From assembly GCA_001464765.1 (NCBI GenBank), contig LNDV01000034.1:904671-968670 (forward strand): DNA of 64,000 nucleotides, in the 5' to 3' direction. The position numbers were made by a program, and so were the translations under genes. How positions within the stretch are numbered: position 1 is the first letter of the stretch; each line of letters begins with the position of its first letter. This DNA is from Betaproteobacteria bacterium Ga0077526. GTDB taxonomy: Bacteria > Pseudomonadota > Gammaproteobacteria > Burkholderiales > Ga0077523. Positions 52,091 through 61,764 of this stretch are shown here, one piece after another. The notes beneath the pieces are model-generated. The model was not told the origin of the DNA and did no database searches. It worked only from the letters and a program-made list of their open reading frames with translations.

Positions 52091-52199
52091 CCCGGCAGAG
52101 CTGTTGCCTGGCCAGTCCCTGGTCAGGGAAGGCAGCCGCGCCAGCCCGATCCGATGCGGACGGGAGGCATCAACGACTCCATTGCCGGGAGAATGCCGC

Positions 52200-53744
52200 A
52201 TGTCACGTCACCAGACCCTCCGTCCGCGCGTCCTGGTTCTCGCGCTCGCCTTCGCCTTTGCCGCCGGCGGGGCTACCGCTTACGCCAATGACGGAGAAGA
52301 GCAGGAATCGTCGGCCCCCAAGCGCGACAAGATGCTGGAACTGCTGGAAAAGCTCAAAGCCAAGGGAGTGATCTCCGACGAGGAGTACTCCGAGATTGCC
52401 GGCGACTCGCAGGAGGACCGTGCCCGCGCTCGCGCCGAGCGCCGGAAGAAGGCTCTGGAAGCTGCCAATCAGGCCTCCAAGGACGAAGCGGCCCGGGAGC
52501 GTTTCAACGGGCGCTTCAACAACGGGATCTCGTTCGAGACCTCCGACCGTCGCAACAGCTTCACGCTCGGGGGGCGTATTCACGCCGACTACCGCTACTA
52601 TCCGGACAAGGATGCGGCGTCTACCTTCGATGTCCGCCGCGCGTATCTGACGCTTCAGGGCAAGTGGAACGAGTACCTGACCTGGGACCTGACCGGGGAC
52701 TTCGCGAACCTGGTCAACAACTCGCAGCTGGACGTCGCCTGGATGAACATTGCCTACAGCGACCAGACGCAGTTCCGGCTGGGCCAGTTCAAGATGCCTT
52801 TCTCGCTCGAAGAACTCGGAAGCTCCCGCTTCCTCGATTTCCAGGAGCGATCGCTCGTGAACGGTCTGGTCCCGCAGAAAGAGCGCGGGCTGATGGTCCA
52901 CGGCGTCCCGGGCGTCGGCATGACCTACGGTCTGGCCATCTCGACCGGTCAGGGCAAGAACAACAACGACATCGTGGCGCCGCGATCGAGCAATGACTAC
53001 ATCGGACGCTTCACTGTCAACGTCGCGGAACTGCTCGGCAGCCAGGCAAAGTCCACCTATCACCTCGGGCTGGCGGGTTCTCTCGGCCATCTTCCCAGCG
53101 GGTTCGGACTGAGCCAGCGTACCGAGGCCCGGGGCATCACCTTCTTCAATACTTCCAGCTTCTCCGGGTCCGATGTGCGCCGCGCGCGCCTGGGAGTGGA
53201 AGCGGCTGTTGCCTACGGTCCGGTCAAGCTCCAGGGGGAGTGGGTGCAGTCCTCCTTCGAGGGGCGGTCCGTGGCCGGCGTGGAGTTCGATCGCCAGATC
53301 GGGGCGTATTACGCCGAAGTCCTGTGGATGCTGACCGGCGAGCGCTATGCCGAGACCTACCGGAATGGCGTATTCGGGCGGACGGTGCCGATCCAGAACT
53401 ACGTCCCCGGGGGAGAAAACTGGGGCGCATGGGAACTGGGCCTGCGCTACTCGAGTTTCGACGCTTCGGACTTCGTCGCGGGCAATGCGGCCGGCACGGG
53501 CGTCGTGGCGGCACCGGGAAGCCCGGCGGCCAACGTCGCGTTTGCCTCCACGCCGTCAAACAAGGCTTCCGCGATCACCGCCGGCCTCAAGTGGATCTGG
53601 AACCCGAACTTCAAGATCTATCTGAATTACACGGAAACTCGCTTCGACAGCCGCATCACGGTCAACCCGAACTACGGCGGCCTGCCCTCCTTCACGCTCG
53701 ACAAGGAGAAGGCCCTGACCATGCGCGCGGCCTACGATTTCTAG
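52200..53744 (+). CDS. Phosphate-selective porin O/P family protein
   Basis: Signal peptide ...FAFAAGGATAYA. Barrel region starts FTLGGRIHADYRYY and ends C-terminally in MRAAYDF. ATG 52200 chosen within track ORF 52041..53744. Confidence 0.8.
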   Translation: MSRHQTLRPRVLVLALAFAFAAGGATAYANDGEEQESSAPKRDKMLELLEKLKAKGVISDEEYSEIAGDSQEDRARARAERRKKALEAANQASKDEAARERFNGRFNNGISFETSDRRNSFTLGGRIHADYRYYPDKDAASTFDVRRAYLTLQGKWNEYLTWDLTGDFANLVNNSQLDVAWMNIAYSDQTQFRLGQFKMPFSLEELGSSRFLDFQERSLVNGLVPQKERGLMVHGVPGVGMTYGLAISTGQGKNNNDIVAPRSSNDYIGRFTVNVAELLGSQAKSTYHLGLAGSLGHLPSGFGLSQRTEARGITFFNTSSFSGSDVRRARLGVEAAVAYGPVKLQGEWVQSSFEGRSVAGVEFDRQIGAYYAEVLWMLTGERYAETYRNGVFGRTVPIQNYVPGGENWGAWELGLRYSSFDASDFVAGNAAGTGVVAAPGSPAANVAFASTPSNKASAITAGLKWIWNPNFKIYLNYTETRFDSRITVNPNYGGLPSFTLDKEKALTMRAAYDF

Positions 53745-53909
53745 ACCGAGGCACAAAAGACAGCCCGTGTTCGAGGACGCGGGCTGTCTGTCCATCGGGG
53801 TTCTGCGGCCGAGCTTGTCACCGAACCCCGCGATTTTTCGAGGCTTTCTGCCGCAAGAGCAGGCCCGTTTGTTACAATCCGCCGCGTTTTTTGCGGTGCA
53901 CCGTAACCC

Positions 53910-54998
53910 ATGGCCTTGCTCGAAATTCGGAACGTGACCCGCCGATTCGGCGACTTCGTCGCTGTCGATGGCGTCAGCCTGTCCATCGGGGCGGGAGAGT
54001 TCTTCACGCTCCTCGGCCCCTCGGGCTGCGGCAAGACCACGCTCCTGCGCATGATCGCCGGGTTCGACGCCCCGGACGGCGGCGCAATCCTGCTCGACGG
54101 GCAGGACATGACCGGCGTGCCGCCCGAGGCGCGCGACATCCACACCGTGTTCCAGAGCTACGCTCTGTTTCCGCACATGACCGTGGCGGACAACATCGCG
54201 TTCCCCCTGCGCATGGCCAAGTGCCCGCCCGGCGAGATCCCCGCCCGCGTGGAGGAAGCCCTGGACGATGTCTCGCTGCCCGGCATGGGCAAGCGCTTCC
54301 CCAACGAGCTGTCCGGCGGACAGCGCCAGCGGGTTGCCGTGGCGCGCGCGCTCATCAACCGGCCCAAGCTGCTGCTGCTCGATGAGCCCCTGGCCGCGCT
54401 GGACGCCAAGCTACGCGAGCGCATGCAGCTGGAGCTCATCACGCTCCAGAAGGAAATCGGGATCACCTTCGTCTACGTGACGCACGACCAGGAAGAGGCG
54501 CTGGCGCTCTCCCATCGCATCGCCGTCATGAACAAGGGCAAGGTGGAGCAGCTCGACGAGCCCGCGAAGATCTACGGCTTTCCCAAGAACCGCTTCGTCG
54601 CGGACTTCATCGGGGAATGCAACCTGTTCGATTGCACGGTCGCGGCCCATGACGCGGGCGGGCTCGATCTCGCCATCGAGGGGCTCGGAAAGGTCCGCAG
54701 TGCCGGCGCCGAGAACGTGGTCCAGGGGGCGAAGGGGACGCTGGCGCTGCGCCCCGAGAAGGTGGCCATCGGCCGTGAGCTCAATGCCGCCGACTGCGTG
54801 AACCGGTTCCACGGCAAGGTGTTCGACTACCTGTACACCGGCGATGTCACGCTCTACATCGTCGAGGTCGAGGGCGGTCAGCGGGTGGAGGTGATGCTGC
54901 CCAACAATGCCGTGGGCCGCTCCTCGAAGTTCTTCGAGCCGGGCGACGCCGTGCAGATCGGCTGGCGTGACGACGCCGGCCACTACCTCCATGACTGA
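53910..54998 (+). CDS. potA: Polyamine ABC transporter ATPase
   Basis: Walker A GPSGCGKTT, signature LSGGQRQRVAVAR, Walker B LLLLDEPL, and a C-terminal TOBE-like domain. Confidence 0.9.
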   Translation: MALLEIRNVTRRFGDFVAVDGVSLSIGAGEFFTLLGPSGCGKTTLLRMIAGFDAPDGGAILLDGQDMTGVPPEARDIHTVFQSYALFPHMTVADNIAFPLRMAKCPPGEIPARVEEALDDVSLPGMGKRFPNELSGGQRQRVAVARALINRPKLLLLDEPLAALDAKLRERMQLELITLQKEIGITFVYVTHDQEEALALSHRIAVMNKGKVEQLDEPAKIYGFPKNRFVADFIGECNLFDCTVAAHDAGGLDLAIEGLGKVRSAGAENVVQGAKGTLALRPEKVAIGRELNAADCVNRFHGKVFDYLYTGDVTLYIVEVEGGQRVEVMLPNNAVGRSSKFFEPGDAVQIGWRDDAGHYLHD

Positions 54999-55034
54999 CC
55001 ACGACGGACCCGCCGCCGCCGGAGACAGGCCCGG

Positions 55035-55916
55035 ATGAACGCACGCGCCCAGAAGTGGCTGGTGAGCGGTCCCCCGCTCGTCTACCTGCTGTTCTTCTTC
55101 GCGATTCCGACGCTCATCATGGTGGTGGCGTCGTTCCGCTTCCCGGGCGACTACGATCCTCTCGCGCCGATCTTCGGCACCGGCAACCCTGACGAGGTCG
55201 CGGGCCTCACGCTGGAGAGCTACCAGCGCTTCTTCGCCGACCCGATCTACCTCGAGCTGTTCCTCAAGTCCTTCCTGTACGCGACGGCCACCACCTTACT
55301 GTGCCTGCTGCTCGCGTATCCGCTGGCCCTGATGATCGCGCGCAGTCCCAAGCGCTACCGCGACATCCTCGTGCTGCTCGTGATCCTGCCGTTCTGGAGC
55401 AACTTCCTCATCCGCGTGTACGCCTGGATGATCATCCTTGGCGAGCAGTCGGTGTTCGCGAAAGGCTTCAACGGGTTCCTGGGCCTGTTCGGGCTCGACC
55501 CCATGCCGCTGCTGTTCACCCCGCTCGCGGTGCTGATCGGTCTGGTGTACGTGCACCTGCCGTTCATGGTGCTGCCGCTCTACGCCAACCTCGAAAAGCA
55601 CGACCCCGCCCTGCTCGACGCCGCGCAGGACCTCGGCGCGCCGGCGTGGCAGCGGTTCTGGCGGATCACCTTCCCGCTGTCGCTGCCGGGCGTTTACGCG
55701 GGCGCGGCGCTGGTGTTCATTCCTGCGCTCGGCATCTTCGCCATTCCGGATCTGCTCGGCGGTACCGACGGCATTCTCATCGGCAACCTCATCAAGCAGC
55801 AGTTCCTGGAAGCGCGCGACTGGCCGTTCGGCGGCGTGCTCTCGATGGTCCTGACGGCTGCCGCGATCGGTTTCGCCGGCATCGCCGCCTGGTTCGCGCG
55901 GCGCCAGAGGGTCTGA
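55035..55916 (+). CDS. potB: Polyamine ABC transporter permease
   Basis: Six-TM permease with an EAA-type loop (DAAQDLGAPAWQRFWRITFPLSLPG). Confidence 0.85.
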   Translation: MNARAQKWLVSGPPLVYLLFFFAIPTLIMVVASFRFPGDYDPLAPIFGTGNPDEVAGLTLESYQRFFADPIYLELFLKSFLYATATTLLCLLLAYPLALMIARSPKRYRDILVLLVILPFWSNFLIRVYAWMIILGEQSVFAKGFNGFLGLFGLDPMPLLFTPLAVLIGLVYVHLPFMVLPLYANLEKHDPALLDAAQDLGAPAWQRFWRITFPLSLPGVYAGAALVFIPALGIFAIPDLLGGTDGILIGNLIKQQFLEARDWPFGGVLSMVLTAAAIGFAGIAAWFARRQRV

Positions 55917-55917
55917 G

Positions 55918-56691
55918 ATGGCGCGCCGCTCCTGGATTCTGTGGGCAATGGCTGCCTTGGGCTACGCCTTCCTGTACGTGCCCCTCATCATCGTCATCGT
56001 CTATTCCTTCAACGATTCCCGCCTGAATGCCGAGTGGGTCGGGTTCACGTGGCACTGGTACGAGGTGCTCCTGAAAGACGAGCAGATGCTCACGGCAGCC
56101 TGGAACTCCCTCATCATCGGCGTCAGCGCCAGTGCCGTGGCCACCGTTCTGGGCACCATGGCCGGCTACGCGATGTACCGGTTCAAGCTGAGGCTCCTGC
56201 CCGTGCTGGTGCTGATGCCGATCGCGATTCCGGAAATCCTGATGGGCGTGAGTCTGCTTATCTTCTTCGTGATGCTGAACGTCACGCTGGGCATGCTGTC
56301 CATCACGCTGGCGCACATCGCGTTCTGCATCGGCTTCGTGGCCATCGTCGTGCGGTCGAGGCTGACCGGCATGGACGAGAGCCTCACCGAGGCGGCCCGG
56401 GACCTCGGTGCGACCCACTGGCAGGCCTTCCGCCTGATCACCCTGCCGCTAATCATGCCGGGGATCATCGCCGGCGCGCTGATGGCCTTCACCCTGTCGA
56501 TCGACGATTTCGTCATCACCTTCTTCACCGCAGGCGTGGATGCGACCACCCTGCCGCTCCAGATCTACTCGATGATCAAGATTGCCGTCACGCCGGAGGT
56601 CAACGCGGTGTCCACGTTGCTGATGCTGGTCACGTTGATACTGATCGTCATCGCCAGTCGCCTATCGCCCGGGGCGCTGCGCGGAGAATAA
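55918..56691 (+). CDS. potC: Polyamine ABC transporter permease
   Basis: EAA loop EAARDLGATHWQAFRLITLPLIMPG. Starts 2 nt after the potB stop. Confidence 0.85.
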   Translation: MARRSWILWAMAALGYAFLYVPLIIVIVYSFNDSRLNAEWVGFTWHWYEVLLKDEQMLTAAWNSLIIGVSASAVATVLGTMAGYAMYRFKLRLLPVLVLMPIAIPEILMGVSLLIFFVMLNVTLGMLSITLAHIAFCIGFVAIVVRSRLTGMDESLTEAARDLGATHWQAFRLITLPLIMPGIIAGALMAFTLSIDDFVITFFTAGVDATTLPLQIYSMIKIAVTPEVNAVSTLLMLVTLILIVIASRLSPGALRGE

Positions 56692-56739
56692 GGGCGAACG
56701 CACCATGCGCCATTCCCATCCTGCTCAGGGGACACCTCG

Positions 56740-57804
56740 ATGAAAAAGCTTCTCGCTCTGCTCGCACTGCTCGTGGCGGTGCCGGCGTTCGCCCAGAAGG
56801 GCGACGTCCTGCATCTGTACAACTGGAACAACTACATGTCCGAGGAGACCATCAAACGGTTCGAGGGCGTGTGCAAGTGCAAGGTCAAGCAGACCTACTA
56901 CTCCGACAACGACGAGCTCATCGCCAAGCTCCAGGCGGGCGGAAAGGGCTACGACGTCATGGTGCCCACCATGAACGCGGTCGAGGCGCTCATCAAGATG
57001 AACGCTCTCCTGCCGCTCGACACCTCCAAGCTGCCCAACCTGAAGAACGTGATGCCGCTGTATGCGAATACCGCCTTCGACCCGGGCAACAAGTACTCGG
57101 TCCCCTACGCCATGACCATCACCCTGATCGGCTACAACGACGCCAAGATCAAGGAACTGGGCGTGCCCGTGGACTCCTGGGCCACGATCTTCGACCCGGC
57201 GATCCTCGCCAAGATCAAGGGCAAGGTCACCGTGCTGGACAGCCAGCGCGAAGTGATGGGCGCCGCCCTCAAGTACCTCGGCTACTCCGTGAACGACACG
57301 GACGACAAGCACCTGCAGGAAGCCAAGGAGGTCATCCTTAAGGCCAAGCCCTTCTGGGCCGCGTTCAACGGTTCCAGCTACATCAAGGAACTCACCCTCG
57401 GCAATATCTGGGTTGTGCACGGCTACTCGAACGACATCTTCCAGGCTGATCTCGATGCCCAGGCTGCCAAGCGCAAGTTCCGCGTGCTGCACGCGCTCCC
57501 GAAGGAAGGCGCCGTCCTCGCCCTGGATTCCATGGTGATCCACAAGAGCGCGCCTCGGCCCGACCTCGCCCACATGTTCATCAACTTCATGCTCGACGGA
57601 AAGAACTCCGCCGACCTGACGAACATGATCGGCTCGGGCAACCCCAACACCGATGCGCAGCAGTACATCAAGCCCGAGATCAAGCAGGTCAAGGCGGTGT
57701 TCCCCGACGCCGCGGCTGCGAAGACGCTGGAGATGCTGAAGGACTTCAACAGCAAGCAGCGCCGCTCGGTCAACAAGATCTGGACCGAGATCAAGGTGAA
57801 ATAG
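56740..57804 (+). CDS. potD: Polyamine (spermidine/putrescine) periplasmic binding protein
   Basis: Signal peptide MKKLLALLALLVAVPAFA, then LHLYNWNNYMSEETIKRFE, typical of PotD/PotF. Confidence 0.85.
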   Translation: MKKLLALLALLVAVPAFAQKGDVLHLYNWNNYMSEETIKRFEGVCKCKVKQTYYSDNDELIAKLQAGGKGYDVMVPTMNAVEALIKMNALLPLDTSKLPNLKNVMPLYANTAFDPGNKYSVPYAMTITLIGYNDAKIKELGVPVDSWATIFDPAILAKIKGKVTVLDSQREVMGAALKYLGYSVNDTDDKHLQEAKEVILKAKPFWAAFNGSSYIKELTLGNIWVVHGYSNDIFQADLDAQAAKRKFRVLHALPKEGAVLALDSMVIHKSAPRPDLAHMFINFMLDGKNSADLTNMIGSGNPNTDAQQYIKPEIKQVKAVFPDAAAAKTLEMLKDFNSKQRRSVNKIWTEIKVK

Positions 57805-57820
57805 GCCCACGGGCTACCCC

Positions 57821-57861
57821 GACACGGCCCCGGCGGACGCCACGTCTGCCGGGGCCGTGTC
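57821..57861. terminator. Strong GC hairpin between the convergent potD and unknown gene
   Basis: Perfect 14-bp stem gacacggccccggc / gccggggccgtgtc with a 13-nt loop. The U-tract is weak (gtttc). Confidence 0.55.
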
Positions 57862-57872
57862 GTTTCAGGGGG

Positions 57873-58400
57873 CTACTGCTCCAGTATTCCGTTCCACTCC
57901 TCGGAGAAGGTCCCGTCCGCATTGGACGTCCCCGTCCACACGCCTCCCCCGGCGATGCCTGCGAACGGCCCCGTGCCCGTGCCCGGCACGACGAACCACC
58001 CGCCGCTGCAGTAGCTCAGAGGCTTCCCGTCGGCCTGCCCGACCGGATAGCAGACCCCGGTCCATTCGACGAGTACCGCGCCGCCGCCTTTCTCCGTACG
58101 CGCGAAACCCTGCCCCGTGCCGTACCCGTTTGCCATGTCCCAACGCGACGTAGCGGTCCGGGTGGAGTCATTCCACAGTCCCTTGCCTCGCACTTCCTTG
58201 TCGACCGCGCGGCTCTGGCCGAAGAACACGAGGCGTCCGGTCTTCTCGTCCTTGCCGATCACTTCGAACTTCTCGTTCTTGTGGATGGCTTTCACCGCAA
58301 TCTGGTAGGGCTGACCCGCATGAGCCGGCAGTGCGACGAACGCCAGACCAGCTGCAGTGCTCACCAGAACTGAGGACAGAAACGGATGGTGCGTGCGCAT
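57873..58400 (-). CDS. Hypothetical secreted protein
   Basis: Signal peptide ...AAGLAFVALPAHA and SD ggagaa before ATG 58400. Gly-rich C-terminal half, two Cys. No family recognised. Confidence 0.55.
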   Translation of the reverse strand: MRTHHPFLSSVLVSTAAGLAFVALPAHAGQPYQIAVKAIHKNEKFEVIGKDEKTGRLVFFGQSRAVDKEVRGKGLWNDSTRTATSRWDMANGYGTGQGFARTEKGGGAVLVEWTGVCYPVGQADGKPLSYCSGGWFVVPGTGTGPFAGIAGGGVWTGTSNADGTFSEEWNGILEQ

Positions 58401-58588
58401 GGGATTCTCCATTGGAATTATCGGATGACGGATGTCTTGTGTGCACCGACGCCCGGAAGCCGGTGAGTGCCTCCGGGCCCTGATGCCCGTCGATGGGAGA
58501 ACGCGGGACCCGGACGCGAGCGGCGTCGGTGCTCCGCAAAGATAGGCTCGGAGCGCCTACCGATTGGGTACTGATTCGATCCGCGGCG

Positions 58589-61500
58589 TCAGGCGTCGCG
58601 CCTCGATGTCTGACGAACACGCATGAGGCTGCGATGGAGGTCGTCGCGCGTGTCGTCGATCTGGAGCGCGCGCTCGTACCAGAGTCGGGCTTCCTCCGGA
58701 TGGCCGTCGCGCTCCCGACACCGCGCGTGCAGTTCGAAGACGGTAGTGACGGTCTGAGCGATTCGTCGCCTCGCCGACAGTACCCATGTGTCGCTCTGGT
58801 CGTCGGGGAAGAGCGCTCCGTGATAGAGAGCGGCGACGCGATCGGCCTGATCGTTCGACGGGGAGGCGCGCAGGTGGTGGTTCAGCGCACCGACGTCTGT
58901 CCACACGAGTTCCGGATTGAGCCGCACGCGCCCGCCGAGAAGTTCGACCGCGTCATGACTCCCCAGCAGGGCTCGCAGCCGGTGCAAGGCCGAAGCCAGG
59001 GATTTGTGGGCGGCGTCCGCCTCCTCGTCGGGCCAGAGATGGTCGGCCAGATCGTGCTCTGCGACATAGGCGGTTCCGCGCGCGATCAGGGCGCGGAGCA
59101 GTTCCAGAGGCCGACGAGGCATCTTGCGGCCGAAGCTGGGCGGTTCGTCGTTCACGATCACGCGGAACGTGCCGAGCCCGTACACGCGCACGCGCCAGGG
59201 CCACGCGTCGGAGAAACCGTCCATGGGTTTCCAGCCGAACTCGCGGATCAGCATCCGGATATAGGGGGCCTCGACGCCGGCGCTCAGCCCCCATTCGCAG
59301 AAACGTGGCATCCATGGCTTGAGCCAGGACAGGAACCGACCATGATCCTGCCGTGCCGCGACCCGCCACAACGTCTGCACGATGTGCCGGGCACCGGCTT
59401 CGTCGCCGACGAGTTCCCGCATTCTTGCCTCCGCCGCGAGGAAGAGCGGTTCGAAGCAGTCGATCGCGGTACCCGATACCGCAGCCCGCTGTTCCGCAAT
59501 GACCGCGTCGGCCTCGCCGAACTCCCGACTCTCCACGAGCCCGAACACCAGCGGAATGCCGTAGTGGATTCGATACGACGGTGCGGCCAGGGATCGCGCG
59601 GTGCCCATGGCCAACTGCCCGTGCAGCTTCGCCCCGGCTGGATCGTTTCGATACAAGGACAGCCAAGCGGAACAGGCTGCCAGCAGCGCGCGTTGCAATT
59701 GGCGGGAGGGATCGGCCAGCGCTGCTGCCTCCCTCTCCCATTGCCCGGCCGTCTTCAGATCGCCATGGGAGGATTCGAGCCCGCTGCAGAAATAGGCCGC
59801 GAGGAACCGGATCTGCCCGAAGCCTTCGCGCGTGGCGATCTCCCACGCTTCACTCACCGCGACGGCGCCTGCTTCGTAGCGGCCGAGCAGGCGCATCAGG
59901 TACGTTTTCCAGAGCAGCCAGTTCGCCCGCGCGTGCGGGGTGACGGCAGGATGGTCGGCAAGCCGGTCTCCGTGCGCAGCGAGCAGCGGCGCCAGTTCGA
60001 AATGCCCCGTGAAGGTCGCGTAGATGGTGAGGAACACTGTGGACAGGAGCCGGCGATTTGCCGACGCTTCCCCCACGAGGAGCGCGAGCGTGGCCTGCGC
60101 CGTATGCGCCAGTTCCGGGTCGCGCGGCGAGGCGAACAGCCGGGCGACCAGCATGGCCGCATGCATACGCAGCCGAAGCTCGGGGTCCAGCGCGGCAGGC
60201 GGGTCACGCTCGAAGTCTTCGAGTACCGCGATCCAGGGCATCATGGCCCGGTGATCCGTCGTGGAATGGAAGATGACCTCGATCAGCGCAGATGCCGCGC
60301 GGATGCTTCCGAGCGGTTCCGCGCGGGTGCGATGTGCTTCGTACGCCGCGGTGAGTTGGCGGATCGCCAGGGTCGGGTCATCACCTGCCGCCATCGTGCC
60401 CAGCGCGTACTGCACATCCGGAGCCGAATCGGCGAGCGCTTCCGGCAGCGCCGCAATCCAGCGGCGCAGCAGCGCGTAGCGTCCCTGCTCCAGCCGGGCC
60501 ACCAGAACCGAGGAGAACACGGCCAGGGCTTCCTCCCACGCCTGGATGCTCAAGAAGAGATCCACCGCTTCGTCGAACATGGCGTACGCAGCACAGACGG
60601 CGGCCGCGCGCCGCTGCATCCCGCCCCACTCTTCGGGTGACCAGAGATCGCGGGCCCGCACGGTCAGGAATTCGCGGAACAGCGCGTGCAGGTGGAAGCT
60701 GCCGTCGCGTCCGACGGACCGATGGAGAAAGAACTGGCGCCGAAAGAACTGCTGCAAGAGTTCGGGGGCCTGCGGGTCGCCCGTGAGTGCCTCGGCCATG
60801 GGGCCGTCCACGTGGCTGAGGCAGGCGATCTGGGTGAGAAACCGTTGTTCCTGCCGCGACATGCCGTCGAACACCTGGTCCGCGAGGAAAGCGAACACCT
60901 GTTCCGAGCCCGGGACATCTGCGCCACGGCGAGGCGTTTCACCGTCGGCAACCGCCTGCAGCATCAGTGTGAGGCCGGCCGCCCACCCGGCCGAGCGTTC
61001 GAAGAGGTCCCGAACCGACCGCTCGTCGACCTGCCGCCTCGTTGCCGCAATTGCCGTCGCTTCTTCCAGTGTCAGGCGCAGTGAGTCGGCCCCGAGTGTG
61101 TGAAGCTGATCCCGCGAGCGGGCATGCGCGAACGCGTCTGGGAGTTCGTGCCGGGAAATGATTACGACGCTAACCCCGGGCGGCACCTCGTCCAGCGCCA
61201 GGGCGACGATGCTCGAGATCGTTGTCCCGTCGCCCGCGTCCTGGAAGTTGTCCAGCACGACCGCGGCGTCCGCAGGCAGGATCGCGAACAGACTGCGGAA
61301 GAATCGGCGAGCGAATCGCGGGACATCCGCCCGGTACTCCGGTGTCAGGACGGGCGGCAAACGATCGTCCGAGTCGGCGAAGGAGCGGCAGGCTTCCCGC
61401 AGATAGTGGAAGAAGGTGGCCGGCTCGGCGTCGTCCCGGTCGACACGAAACCAGATGCCCGCGAGCTCTCGAGCATCGAGCCAGGACGCTACGAGCGTGG

Positions 61501-61639
61501 TCTTGCCGGCGCCAGCCGGCGCGATAAGGGCGATTGCACCATGTGCCGCACGTGCCTCATCCAGCTTCGTGAAGAGGCGAGCCCTCGGAACTGGAAGCAT
61601 GAGTCGGGGACGGGTGACTTTGGCGAGGGGCCGTTGCAT
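58589..61639 (-). CDS. MalT-type STAND ATPase fused to a C-terminal SARP module (OmpR-type wHTH + BTAD)
   Basis: N-terminus is collinear with MalT as I recall it: VTRPRLMLPVPRARLFTKL, Walker A APAGAGKTTLVASW, Walker B AVVLDNFQD, and SAGWAAGLTLMLQ. Long helical middle. C-terminus RVRVYGLGTFRVIVNDEPP...PLELLRALI...RVRLNPELVWTDV, then BTAD-like ...WYERALQIDDTRDDLHRSLM. ATG 61639 chosen within track ORF 58589..62083. Confidence 0.8.
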   Translation of the reverse strand: MQRPLAKVTRPRLMLPVPRARLFTKLDEARAAHGAIALIAPAGAGKTTLVASWLDARELAGIWFRVDRDDAEPATFFHYLREACRSFADSDDRLPPVLTPEYRADVPRFARRFFRSLFAILPADAAVVLDNFQDAGDGTTISSIVALALDEVPPGVSVVIISRHELPDAFAHARSRDQLHTLGADSLRLTLEEATAIAATRRQVDERSVRDLFERSAGWAAGLTLMLQAVADGETPRRGADVPGSEQVFAFLADQVFDGMSRQEQRFLTQIACLSHVDGPMAEALTGDPQAPELLQQFFRRQFFLHRSVGRDGSFHLHALFREFLTVRARDLWSPEEWGGMQRRAAAVCAAYAMFDEAVDLFLSIQAWEEALAVFSSVLVARLEQGRYALLRRWIAALPEALADSAPDVQYALGTMAAGDDPTLAIRQLTAAYEAHRTRAEPLGSIRAASALIEVIFHSTTDHRAMMPWIAVLEDFERDPPAALDPELRLRMHAAMLVARLFASPRDPELAHTAQATLALLVGEASANRRLLSTVFLTIYATFTGHFELAPLLAAHGDRLADHPAVTPHARANWLLWKTYLMRLLGRYEAGAVAVSEAWEIATREGFGQIRFLAAYFCSGLESSHGDLKTAGQWEREAAALADPSRQLQRALLAACSAWLSLYRNDPAGAKLHGQLAMGTARSLAAPSYRIHYGIPLVFGLVESREFGEADAVIAEQRAAVSGTAIDCFEPLFLAAEARMRELVGDEAGARHIVQTLWRVAARQDHGRFLSWLKPWMPRFCEWGLSAGVEAPYIRMLIREFGWKPMDGFSDAWPWRVRVYGLGTFRVIVNDEPPSFGRKMPRRPLELLRALIARGTAYVAEHDLADHLWPDEEADAAHKSLASALHRLRALLGSHDAVELLGGRVRLNPELVWTDVGALNHHLRASPSNDQADRVAALYHGALFPDDQSDTWVLSARRRIAQTVTTVFELHARCRERDGHPEEARLWYERALQIDDTRDDLHRSLMRVRQTSRRDA

Positions 61640-61747
61640 GCGTTTGGACCGAGTCGGACTGGGCGCGGACACCAATGCTACTCGCTGCGACGGAACGCCA
61701 AGGCGCACCGGAGGTACCCGGTCGCGGCGCCCGACGTTGCCATGGCC

Positions 61748-61764
61748 TGCGACAATCTGTCGCA
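61748..61764. promoter_or_regulatory. Palindrome TGCGACA-atc-TGTCGCA in the regulator/receptor divergent spacer
   Basis: Perfect 7-bp arms, about 60 nt upstream of the receptor ATG 61823. Confidence 0.3.

Noticed and set aside
53759-53788. Hairpin gacagcccg...cgggctgtc after the porin gene as a terminator
   Set aside because: The 9-bp stem has a 12-nt loop and no U-tract. It is plausible but too weak to list as a feature.
58493-60640. 715-aa ORF on the plus strand
   Set aside because: It is antisense to the STAND-SARP regulator, whose frame carries Walker A/B and MalT-collinear motifs. This ORF carries none.
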